Assembly (NCBI GenBank): GCA_965651545.1
Contig: CBFGSY010000001.1
Coordinates: forward strand, 1 to 46,505
Origin: an uncultured bacterium
GTDB lineage: Bacteria; Chloroflexota; Limnocylindria; QHBO01
Direction of reading: 5' to 3'
Length of the DNA: 46,505 bases
In this document: piece after piece, positions 8,957 through 16,958 of the stretch
Layout: each line of letters starts with the position of its first letter
Position numbering within the stretch: position 1 is the stretch's first letter
Position numbers and translations under genes: made by a program
The notes under the pieces: model-generated
Databases searched by the model: none
What the model saw: only the letters and a program-made list of their open reading frames with translations
Told to the model about the DNA's origin: nothing

Positions 8957-10365
8957 GACTCGCCTCCGTCGAGGCGCATGACCGCATCGCGGAACGCATC
9001 ACCCCGCGCCGCGTAGTCGGTGAACATGTCGAAGCTGGCCGCCGCCGGCGACAGAAGCACGACGTCGCCTGGCTCAGCCAGGCTCGCGGCCAGAGCCACG
9101 GCCTCCCCCATGCTGCCGGCCCGGCGCACGGCGGTACGGTCGCGCAGCAGCGTGCTCAGCGTCTCGGCGGTCTCACCCATCAGGATCACCGCCCGTGCGC
9201 GGCCGGCGATCGCCTCCGCCAGCTCCCCGTAGTCGAGGCCCTTCCCGCGACCGCCGGCGATCACGATGAGCGGTGCCGAACCGAAGGCCTGCAGGGCGGC
9301 CATGGCTGCCATCGGGATGGTCGCCTGCGAGTCGTTCACCCAGCGCACGCCGTCCCGCTCCGCCACCGTCTCGAGCCGATGCGGCACGCCGCCGAAGTCA
9401 CGGATGGCGGCGGCGATCGCTTCCCGCGGGGCGCCGGCCAGCCACGCTCCCAGCGCGGCGGCCAGGACGTCGCTCAGCATGTGGCTGCCGGGCAAAGGCA
9501 CCCGCGTCGCGGGCATCAGCCGCTCGCCATCCAGGTAGAGCTCGCCTTCATCGGCGGTTGCGGCCAGCTGCGGATCTCCCAGGCCGTACCAGCGCACCGC
9601 GCCGGTCAATGTCCGCTCGAGGTCCCGGCAGCCTTCGTCGTCCGCATTGAGCACCACCGTGCCCCGGCCAGAGGTCAGCTGCGCCAGCCGCGCCTTCACG
9701 GCCCGATAGGCCCGCACGCTGCCGTGACGGTCCAGGTGGTCGGCGGCGATGTTGGTGTAGACCGCGATATCCGCCCCGCGCGAGATGGTGGGCAGCTGCA
9801 GCTCCGAGAGCTCCAGCACTGCCCATTGATCGGGTCCGAGCACGTCGACCTGCTCGATCAGCGGGCTGCCGATGTTGCCTCCAACCGCGTGCGGCAGCTC
9901 GGCCGCCGCCAGCATGGCGCCGATCAGTGCGGTGGTGGTCGTCTTCCCCTTGGTTCCGGTGACCGCCAGCACGCGAGCACGCGTCAGCCGCAGAAAGAGA
10001 TCGACCTCCCCGATCACCGGCACGCCGGCCGCCTCGGCCTTCTGCAGCGCCTCGCGCAGCCAGGCATCGGTGGTCGGGAAGGCGGCCGAGATCGACGGGC
10101 TGGTGATCACCAGGTCGGCAGACCTCAGCAGGCCGCCCACCTGGCCCGGTTCGGCCGCCAGCGCTAGCCCGATCGACCGGCCGCCCAGTCCGGCGACCGC
10201 CTCCGCAAGCTCGGCCAGCGGCCGACGGTCGTAGACGGTCACCGCCGCCCCGGCGTCAGACAGCAGCCGCGCGGCCGCAGCCCCGGAGCGTGCCAGGCCG
10301 AGCACGACGACCCGGCGGCCGCGAAGGTCGGCGGTGCGGGTGATCGGTGCCGTCATCGTCGTCAT
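8953..10365 (-). CDS. murD: UDP-N-acetylmuramoylalanine--D-glutamate ligase
   Basis: Lower 470 codons of track ORF 8953..11574. ATG at 10365 overlaps the mraY stop (ATGA). VVVLGLARSGAAAARLL Rossmann N-terminus, VTGTKGKTTTT P-loop, GVPHRLE and NDSQAT motifs. Confidence 0.9.
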   Translation of the reverse strand: MTTMTAPITRTADLRGRRVVVLGLARSGAAAARLLSDAGAAVTVYDRRPLAELAEAVAGLGGRSIGLALAAEPGQVGGLLRSADLVITSPSISAAFPTTDAWLREALQKAEAAGVPVIGEVDLFLRLTRARVLAVTGTKGKTTTTALIGAMLAAAELPHAVGGNIGSPLIEQVDVLGPDQWAVLELSELQLPTISRGADIAVYTNIAADHLDRHGSVRAYRAVKARLAQLTSGRGTVVLNADDEGCRDLERTLTGAVRWYGLGDPQLAATADEGELYLDGERLMPATRVPLPGSHMLSDVLAAALGAWLAGAPREAIAAAIRDFGGVPHRLETVAERDGVRWVNDSQATIPMAAMAALQAFGSAPLIVIAGGRGKGLDYGELAEAIAGRARAVILMGETAETLSTLLRDRTAVRRAGSMGEAVALAASLAEPGDVVLLSPAAASFDMFTDYAARGDAFRDAVMRLDGGES

Positions 10366-11363
10366 CGGCCCGCGGATTGCAGGCCGAAGGTGCTGCCGAG
10401 GAAGAGGCTGAAGCCCAGCAGCCCGGCCAGGGCGCCCACGATCCAGAAGCGGACGGTGATCTTCTCCTCCGCCCAGCCGATGAGCTCGAAGTGATGCTGC
10501 AGCGGAGCCATGCGGAAGATCCTGCGGCCGCGCAGGCGGAACGAGAGCACCTGCAGCACGACGCTCATGATCACCGCGAAGAAGACGCTGCCGATGATGG
10601 CCAGCAGCGGCAGCTGGCGGCTCATGGTCGCGACCACGGCCAGCGTGGCGCCCAGGCCGAGGGCCCCGGAGTCGCCCATGAAGATCTGGGCCGGATGAAC
10701 GTTGAACCACAGGAAGCCCATGAGGGCGCCGACGATGAGCGCGCAGAAGATCGCCAGGTTCGGGAGCGCCCCCGGGGCTCCGGGAGGGTCGACCATCGCG
10801 ATGAGCAGGTAGGTCACGAAGCAGAAGATGAGGACGCCGGCCGCCAGGCCGTCGAGCCCATCGGTCAGGTTCACCGCATTGCTGACACCAACCATCACGA
10901 AGGCCATGAAGAGCCCGAACAGCACGCCGCCGACAACCAGCTCGCCGACGAACGGGACGTTCAGCACGGTGATGTCGAAGTGACGCTGGATATAGAACGC
11001 GGCCAGCAGGGCGACGACCGTCTGCCATACGAGCTTCCATCGCCCACGCATGCCGATCCCGGTCCGCGCGTTCACGTAGTCGTCGATCGCGCCCAGGATG
11101 CCCACTCCGACCAGCGCCAGCATCGGCGTCAGGGTGACGCTGGAGTCGATGCGCAGGGCCATGGCCAGGAACATGACGACCAGCACCACCAGCATGCCAC
11201 CCATGGTCGGCGTGCCAGCCTTGACCGCATGCGCCTCCGGGCCTTCGGAGCGGATGCGCTTGCCGAAGCCCAGGCGCTGCAACAGGCCGATGTAGATCGG
11301 CCCCAGCAGGACCACGCCAACGAAGGCGAGCAGCAGCGCGAGCGTGATGCTGATCAGCGTCAC
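10362..11363 (-). CDS. mraY: phospho-N-acetylmuramoyl-pentapeptide transferase
   Basis: 10-TM protein with AGTPTMGG, NAVNLTDGLDGLA and MGDSGALGLG motifs. Confidence 0.95.
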   Translation of the reverse strand: MTLISITLALLLAFVGVVLLGPIYIGLLQRLGFGKRIRSEGPEAHAVKAGTPTMGGMLVVLVVMFLAMALRIDSSVTLTPMLALVGVGILGAIDDYVNARTGIGMRGRWKLVWQTVVALLAAFYIQRHFDITVLNVPFVGELVVGGVLFGLFMAFVMVGVSNAVNLTDGLDGLAAGVLIFCFVTYLLIAMVDPPGAPGALPNLAIFCALIVGALMGFLWFNVHPAQIFMGDSGALGLGATLAVVATMSRQLPLLAIIGSVFFAVIMSVVLQVLSFRLRGRRIFRMAPLQHHFELIGWAEEKITVRFWIVGALAGLLGFSLFLGSTFGLQSAGR

Positions 11364-12796
11364 CGGCCGCCCTCCAGCGAGGCGACCAGCCGGTCCAGCT
11401 CCACGCCGCGCGATCCCTTGACCAGCACCACGTCGCCGGTGCCGGGCGCCAGGGCGCGATCGATGGTCGCGATCGCCTCATCGACGTCCCGGACATGAGT
11501 GACGTTGGCCAGGCCGGCAGCTGAGGCTGCCTCCGCGATCCAGCGAGCCCGCTCTCCGACTGTGAGGAGCCCATCGGCCACCCCAGCCACCCGGCTGCCG
11601 ATCTCGAGATGCAGCCGCTCCTCGTCCGGGCCGAGCTCCAGCATGTCGCCGAGCACCGCGTACCGCTGCCGCCCGGTCGAGATCGGGGTCTCCGCCAGGA
11701 AGTCCAGGGCGGCCGACATCGAGACCGGCGACGCGTTGTAGGTGTCGTCGATCAGGGTGGCGCCGGAGGTGGCCTCGGCGATTGCCATGCGGTGCGCCGC
11801 GCGGCTGCCGGCCGCCAGGGCGGCCTCGACCTCGTCGAGCGGGACGGCGAAGTGCTCCGCCACGGCGGCCGCTGCCAGCGCGTGCGGGATGAGGTGGCGA
11901 CCCGGGGTGCCGCTGTGGATCCGCCGCGTCCCCCACGGCGCGCGCAGCCTGAAGATCGTGCCCTCGGCGCCGAGCGAGGTGACCTCCTCTGCCCGCACGT
12001 CGGCATCGGCTTCCAGCCCGAAGGTGCGGACCGCCGCGGAGGTGACCGCTGCCATGGCGGCGACCCGCGGGTCGTCCGCGTTCAGGACCGCCAGGCCATC
12101 GTGGGGCAGTGCCGCCGGCAGCTCCGCCTTGGCGCGGGCGATGGCGTCGATGCTGCCGGCCCGCTCCAGGTGGGTCGGATGGACGGCCAGCACCACGCCG
12201 ACCTCCGGGCGCGCGATCTCGGCCAGCCGGGCGATCTCGCCCTCGGTGTACATGCTCATCTCCAGCACCGCCAGGTCGTGCTCCGGCTGGAGCTGCAGCA
12301 GCGTCATCGGCAGGCCCGTCTCCGAATTGAGGTTGCCCTCGTTGCGCAGGACCGATCGCGTCCGCGCCAGCACGTCGGCGATGACCTCCTTGGCCAGCGT
12401 CTTCCCGGTCGAGCCGGTGACGCCCACCACCCGAACCGATGACCGGGCGCGCCACCAGGCCGCCAGCTCCTGCAGCGCGGCCAGGCCGTCCTGCACCTGG
12501 ACGATGGCGGCCTCGCCCGCCCCGGTCGACTCCATCGGCCGCTCCACCAGGGCCACGCTCGCGCCGTTGCGGAGGGCCTCGGCGACGTAGTCGTGCCCGT
12601 CGACCCGCTCGCCGCGCAGCGCCACGAAGCACGACCCGGGCGTGACGTGGCGCGAGTCGACGGCTGCGCCGGTGAAGGAGGTGACGTTCGTCGGTCCGAG
12701 GAGCCGGCCGCGGGTCACGGCCAGCAGGTCGTCGAGGCGGATCGATGCGGCCAAACGGCTACCTGCGGCAGGTTCGGCCAACTCTAGCAGCCTCAT
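11360..12796 (-). CDS. murF: UDP-N-acetylmuramoyl-tripeptide--D-alanyl-D-alanine ligase
   Basis: Part of track ORF 11360..13078. ATG at 12796 overlaps the ftsI stop (ATGA). AAVDSRHVTPGSCFVALRGERVDGHDY, VTGSTGKT, EGNLNSETGLPMTLL and DTYNASPVSMSAAL are MurF-type rather than MurE-type (no DNPR motif). Confidence 0.9.
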   Translation of the reverse strand: MRLLELAEPAAGSRLAASIRLDDLLAVTRGRLLGPTNVTSFTGAAVDSRHVTPGSCFVALRGERVDGHDYVAEALRNGASVALVERPMESTGAGEAAIVQVQDGLAALQELAAWWRARSSVRVVGVTGSTGKTLAKEVIADVLARTRSVLRNEGNLNSETGLPMTLLQLQPEHDLAVLEMSMYTEGEIARLAEIARPEVGVVLAVHPTHLERAGSIDAIARAKAELPAALPHDGLAVLNADDPRVAAMAAVTSAAVRTFGLEADADVRAEEVTSLGAEGTIFRLRAPWGTRRIHSGTPGRHLIPHALAAAAVAEHFAVPLDEVEAALAAGSRAAHRMAIAEATSGATLIDDTYNASPVSMSAALDFLAETPISTGRQRYAVLGDMLELGPDEERLHLEIGSRVAGVADGLLTVGERARWIAEAASAAGLANVTHVRDVDEAIATIDRALAPGTGDVVLVKGSRGVELDRLVASLEGGR

Positions 12797-14610
12797 TGCC
12801 CGGCAACCGCCTGGCGGGGGCGGTCCGGGGCGATCGCCAGGTAACTGAGGATGTCGGGTGCCAGCGATCGGAACAGGTCGTCCGGCCGCTGCGCCATCTC
12901 GTACAGGCCCCAGGTCGCCGGACGATGGACCAGGATCAGGGTCACGATCTTCGGATCGCTGGCAGGCATGAGCGAGATGAAGCTGGAGTCGATCCAGCCG
13001 TTGATATAGCCGAAGCGCTCGACGCGCTCGTAGATCGGCTCGCCGTGCCGATCGGTCCCGGTCCTGACGCGCTGCCAATAGGTGCCCGCGATCTGCGCGG
13101 TACCCGTCTTACCGGCAACCGAGTAGCCCGGGATGGAGGCCGGCTGCGCGATGCCATGGTCGACCGCGTCGGTGAGCAGCTCGAGGACGGTGTTGGCGGT
13201 CTCCTCGCGCATGATCCGCTCCGGCTCCGGGCTCTCGGTGGCGTGATAGGTGCCGTCGGGCGTCGTCCAGCCGGCCATGACGTGCGGGCTGACCAGCCGG
13301 CCACCATTGCCCAGTGCGGCGTAGCCCGCGACCAGCTGCATGGCGGTCACCGAAAGGCCCTGCCCGAACGAGTTCTGGGCGGCCGTGAGGTCGCCCGTTC
13401 CGTTCGGCCCGTCCGGATTCCAGACCACGCCACGCGCCTCACCGGCGATCTCGATGCCGGTCGGAGATCCGAAGCCGAAGCGCCGGAGCGCCTCGTACAG
13501 CCGTTGCCGGCCAAGGGTGAGGCCGATGCGTGCGGCGCCGACGTTGTTTGACAGCTTGAGGACCTCGCCTGCGGTGATGCGGCCGTGCCCGTACGGGTAC
13601 GAGTAGCGGTCCGCGTTCTGGATCCGGACGCCCGCGAGCTCCAGATTGTTGTCGTCACGGAACTTGTCCTCGGTGGTGATCGCCTCCGCGTCGAGCGCGG
13701 CAGCGATGGTGAACGCCTTCATCACCGAGCCTGGCTCGTACTGGCGCGAGACCGCGGGGTTGGTGAAGAGCTCGGCGTCGAGCGTGCTGTAGTTGTTGGC
13801 GTCATAGGACGGGAAGGTGGCCAGCGCCAGCACCGCCCCGGTGTTGACGTCCATCACGATGCCGGTCGCGCCCTTGGCCCAGTTGCGCCGATAGGTCTCC
13901 CACATCGACGCCTCCAGCAGATGCTGCAGCCCGGCGTCGATGGTGAGCGTCAGGTCCGAGCCGTCGACCGGTTCACGCAGCTGATAGACCGAATCGGCGA
14001 TCTGGCGGCCGATCACGTCCTCCTGGGCGGTCACCGATCCCGGAAGCCCGGCCAGCAGCCCATCCTCGCTGGCCTCGATGCCGTACTGCCCGCTGCCATC
14101 GACGTTGACGAAGCCCAGCACCTGGGCGGCCAACGTCGTATTCGGGGAGATTCCCCGCACCGGGTAGACGCGCTTCGTCTCGGGCAGCATGCCGATGCCG
14201 GCCAGCCCCATGTCATGGACCCGATCGCTGACCGCCGGGTCGACGCGTCGCCGCAGCCAGACCCACGGGTCGTCGCTGCTCAGCAGGGAGCGCAGCTCGC
14301 CAACGTCCATGGCCAGGGCCGGCGCCAGGAGCGCGGCGGCGCTCTCCGGGTCCTCGATGCTCGGTGGCGTGGCGAAGACGGACTGCAGCTCGATCGAGGT
14401 CGCCAGCAGCACGCCGCTGGCATCGGTGATCTGGCCGCGCTCGGCGGGGATGTCCTCGTCCTGCGCCAGCTGGTTCTGCGCCATGATCGCCAGCCGGTCA
14501 CGCTCGATCACCTGCCACCACGCGAGGCGCGCGCCAATCCCGCCGGCGACGACGGTCGCAACGACGAGCAGGAGCAGGGCACGGGCTCGGCTGTCGGTCC
14601 TGGCGAGCAT
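12793..14610 (-). CDS. ftsI: penicillin-binding protein 2/FtsI-type transpeptidase
   Basis: N-terminal TM anchor, PBP dimerisation region, and the transpeptidase triad SVMK (SxxK), SNN (SxN), KTGTA (KTG). Confidence 0.9.
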   Translation of the reverse strand: MLARTDSRARALLLLVVATVVAGGIGARLAWWQVIERDRLAIMAQNQLAQDEDIPAERGQITDASGVLLATSIELQSVFATPPSIEDPESAAALLAPALAMDVGELRSLLSSDDPWVWLRRRVDPAVSDRVHDMGLAGIGMLPETKRVYPVRGISPNTTLAAQVLGFVNVDGSGQYGIEASEDGLLAGLPGSVTAQEDVIGRQIADSVYQLREPVDGSDLTLTIDAGLQHLLEASMWETYRRNWAKGATGIVMDVNTGAVLALATFPSYDANNYSTLDAELFTNPAVSRQYEPGSVMKAFTIAAALDAEAITTEDKFRDDNNLELAGVRIQNADRYSYPYGHGRITAGEVLKLSNNVGAARIGLTLGRQRLYEALRRFGFGSPTGIEIAGEARGVVWNPDGPNGTGDLTAAQNSFGQGLSVTAMQLVAGYAALGNGGRLVSPHVMAGWTTPDGTYHATESPEPERIMREETANTVLELLTDAVDHGIAQPASIPGYSVAGKTGTAQIAGTYWQRVRTGTDRHGEPIYERVERFGYINGWIDSSFISLMPASDPKIVTLILVHRPATWGLYEMAQRPDDLFRSLAPDILSYLAIAPDRPRQAVAGQ

Positions 14611-14657
14611 CGGTTACTCCTCGGCCATCGCCCTCCGCGAGGGTCTGGGCCGTCGGT

Positions 14658-15065
14658 TCAGCGGCGGTTGGTCGATGGCTTGGCGAACGTCACCGACTGC
14701 GGCGGCAGCGGTGCGAGATGCAGCTGCCCCCGAGCGAGCCGCGTGATGACCGCCGGCGAGCGTGCCTCGCCGATGTGGAAGGTGAGCTGCTGCTGCTCGG
14801 CGCGAAGCTCGTCCAGCTGGGACTGCAGCCCGGCGATTTCGTAGCCGGTTGCCGCCACGTGGCTCGACTGGGTCAGGTAGAAGAGCGCCAGGCCCGCGGC
14901 GGCGGCGATCGTCACCAGGGCCCCGGAGATGCCGGTGACCCGCCGCGTGCGCCGCCCGGCAGCTGACCGGCGACGCGGCGGTGCGAGAGTGCGGGAGCGC
15001 GGGCGCGGGCGCGGGCGGCCGAAGATGCCGATCCCGCCAATCGGTCGCGCCCCGCTGATGGCCAT
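14658..15065 (-). CDS. ftsL: FtsL-like cell division protein (single TM plus coiled coil)
   Basis: Within track ORF 14658..15158. ATG at 15065 with GAGGAAGG upstream. Arg-rich N-terminus, TM segment GALVTIAAAAGLALFYL, then a coiled-coil-like IAGLQSQLDELRAEQQQL. Position between rsmH and ftsI. Confidence 0.6.
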   Translation of the reverse strand: MAISGARPIGGIGIFGRPRPRPRSRTLAPPRRRSAAGRRTRRVTGISGALVTIAAAAGLALFYLTQSSHVAATGYEIAGLQSQLDELRAEQQQLTFHIGEARSPAVITRLARGQLHLAPLPPQSVTFAKPSTNRR

Positions 15066-15072
15066 GCCTTCC

Positions 15073-15282
15073 TCAGGCCGCCGAACGGCCGGGCACGCGG
15101 ATGGCCCACGACGTGGGCGCCTCGAAGTCGAGGTTCTCCTCGACCTCGATGGCGGCAACCTTGTCGGAGAGCCAGTACTGCTGGTGCTCGGCCTCGCGTG
15201 CCCGGCGCTCGCGCACCTCGCGCTGGCGCGCCGAGTACATGCGGCGGCGGCTGGCCTGATGACGTGGACGACCTCGACTCAC
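15073..15282 (-). CDS. hypothetical small protein (69 aa; basic N-terminus, acidic C-terminus) inside the dcw cluster
   Basis: GTG 15282 has GGAAGGAGG about 8 nt upstream. Strong GC3 bias through the ORF. Its TGA lies inside the ftsL Shine-Dalgarno (TGAGGAAGGCATG). No family recognised. Confidence 0.5.
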   Translation of the reverse strand: MSRGRPRHQASRRRMYSARQREVRERRAREAEHQQYWLSDKVAAIEVEENLDFEAPTSWAIRVPGRSAA

Positions 15283-15304
15283 GGTGGGACCCTCCTTCCC
15301 GGTG

Positions 15305-16258
15305 CTAGCTGCCGGCTGCTGCCAGCTTCTCGGCCACGCGCAGGCGAGCGCTGCGCGCGCGGCGGTTGCGCTTGATCTCCTCGGGGCCAGGCGTGATCCC
15401 CCGCCGGTGGATCACGCGCAGCTGTGCCCGATGGCCGCAGGTGCACACCGGCGGCATCGGCTCTTCGACGCAGTCGCGGCTCTCGCGAGCCATGAACCGC
15501 TTGACGATCCGGTCTTCGCCGGAGTGGTAGCTGATGACGGCCAGGCGCCCGCCTGGCCGCAAGGCGGCCAGCGCCCCGGCCAGGCCCGAGCCGAGCACCT
15601 CCAGCTCGCGGTTGACCGCGATGCGGAGCGCCTGGAAGGTGCGCGTCGCCGGGTGGATGCGTCCCGCATCGGCCCCGCGCGCGGGCGAAACTGCGGCAAT
15701 GACCGTCGCCAGGTCGGCCGCGCTCACCAGGCGCCCCTCCGCGCGCGCCGCCACGATCGCCTTCGCGATGCGACCTGCATGGCGTTCCTCACCAAACGTC
15801 GCGAGGATGCCGGCGAGCTCTCGGGGCGTCGTGCGGTCGATGAGATCGAGCGCGGAGATGCCTGTGGCTTCATCGAACCGCATGTCCGGCGGCGAGGTGG
15901 CCGTGAAGCTGAAACCGCGCGATGGGTCGGCGAGCTGGTAGCTGCTCAGCCCAAGGTCGAACAGCACCCCGTCGAGCGGGATGAACCCCTCCTCGCGGGC
16001 CACGTCGTACAGCGATGCGAAGTTGGCCTGGCGCAGGACGGCACGCTCGCCGTAGCGCGCCAGCACGCGTTGCGCCTCCGAGATGGCCGCCCGATCGGCA
16101 TCGAGGCCGAGCAGGCGACCATCCGGAGACGAGGCCTCCAGCAGCCGCTCGGCGTGCCCTCCGCCTCCGACCGTGCAATCCGCGATGGAGCTGCCCGTCG
16201 CCGGCTCGAGAGAGGCGAGAACCTCGTCGACCAGGACCGGCAGGTGCCCTTCTCCCAT
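15305..16258 (-). CDS. rsmH: 16S rRNA (cytosine1402-N4)-methyltransferase
   Basis: HLPVLVDEVL, DCTVGGGGHAERLL and GLSSYQL motifs. Second gene of the dcw cluster. Confidence 0.95.
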   Translation of the reverse strand: MGEGHLPVLVDEVLASLEPATGSSIADCTVGGGGHAERLLEASSPDGRLLGLDADRAAISEAQRVLARYGERAVLRQANFASLYDVAREEGFIPLDGVLFDLGLSSYQLADPSRGFSFTATSPPDMRFDEATGISALDLIDRTTPRELAGILATFGEERHAGRIAKAIVAARAEGRLVSAADLATVIAAVSPARGADAGRIHPATRTFQALRIAVNRELEVLGSGLAGALAALRPGGRLAVISYHSGEDRIVKRFMARESRDCVEEPMPPVCTCGHRAQLRVIHRRGITPGPEEIKRNRRARSARLRVAEKLAAAGS

Positions 16259-16351
16259 CGCCGTCGCACCTCAATGGTCGGTTGGCGGGCCGAGCGGCCC
16301 GGAGACGCATGAATGGCGGGGGCGTGACGTGCGTCATGGCGTCGCGCTCCG

Positions 16352-16801
16352 CTAGATGCCGAGATCGGCCAGGTGTTCGGCGAGCGCCTCTGGCTCGTCC
16401 TCGATCTTGGCCCGATACGGCTGCCAGGCCGATGGCGACCAGATCTCCAGGCGGTTCAGGGCCCCAACCACGACCACTTCCCCCTCGGCGATGCCGGCGT
16501 ACTCCCGCAGGTAGCCCGGCACCAGCACTCGACCCTGACGATCGAGCTCCACCTCGACCGCTCCGGACGACATGAAGCGCGCGAACTCCCGTGCGCGGGG
16601 ATTGGTGAGCGGTAGACCGCGCAGCTTCGTCGCGAGGTCGTCCCACTCGTCTCCTGGAAAGAGGCCGAGACAGCGGTCGAGCCAGCGGGCGAGCGTCGCT
16701 CCTGCCGCGAGCCGCCCGCGGAACCGCGCCGGGACCGCCACACGGCCCCGGTCGTCCAGCGCGTGCCGGAACTCCCCGGTCAGGAACGACGCCCGATCCA
16801 T
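16352..16801 (-). CDS. mraZ: transcriptional regulator MraZ
   Basis: FLTGEFRHALDDRGRVAVPARFR and a second DxxGR repeat (ELDRQGRVLVPGYLR). 149 aa, first gene of the dcw cluster. Confidence 0.95.
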   Translation of the reverse strand: MDRASFLTGEFRHALDDRGRVAVPARFRGRLAAGATLARWLDRCLGLFPGDEWDDLATKLRGLPLTNPRAREFARFMSSGAVEVELDRQGRVLVPGYLREYAGIAEGEVVVVGALNRLEIWSPSAWQPYRAKIEDEPEALAEHLADLGI

Positions 16802-16813
16802 TTCGCCTGCTAT

Positions 16814-16849
16814 CTACCACTGCTCCCCATTTGGCCCCATTTTGGACCA
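16814..16849 (-). promoter_or_regulatory. putative MraZ operator: four direct repeats phased every 10 nt
   Basis: Minus strand reads TGGTCC-aaaa-TGGGGC-caaa-TGGGGA-gcag-TGGTAG (plus-strand coordinates 16844-49, 16834-39, 16824-29, 16814-19). This matches the TGGGN/GTGG direct-repeat operator described for MraZ. It lies between the -10 element and the mraZ ATG. Confidence 0.65.
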
Positions 16850-16858
16850 CAGAGCGCC

Positions 16859-16886
16859 ATCATACAGGGCAACGCATCCCCGTCAA
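16859..16886 (-). promoter_or_regulatory. dcw (mra) promoter
   Basis: Minus strand TTGACG (16886..16881), a 16-nt spacer, then TATGAT (16864..16859), about 58 nt upstream of the mraZ ATG. Confidence 0.6.
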
Positions 16887-16958
16887 GGGGTTTTGTGCAA
16901 CCCGGCGAGGGACGCTGGTCCCGGGACCGCCGCGGCCGCGGCGGCTATGGGGCGAGGA

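Noticed and set aside
8953-11574. An 873-aa ORF that looks like a single giant gene.
   Set aside because: Only the last 470 codons are MurD, starting at ATG 10365. The upstream part reads through mraY in the wrong frame and into the murF 3' end, and gives a low-complexity Arg/Gly/Pro translation.
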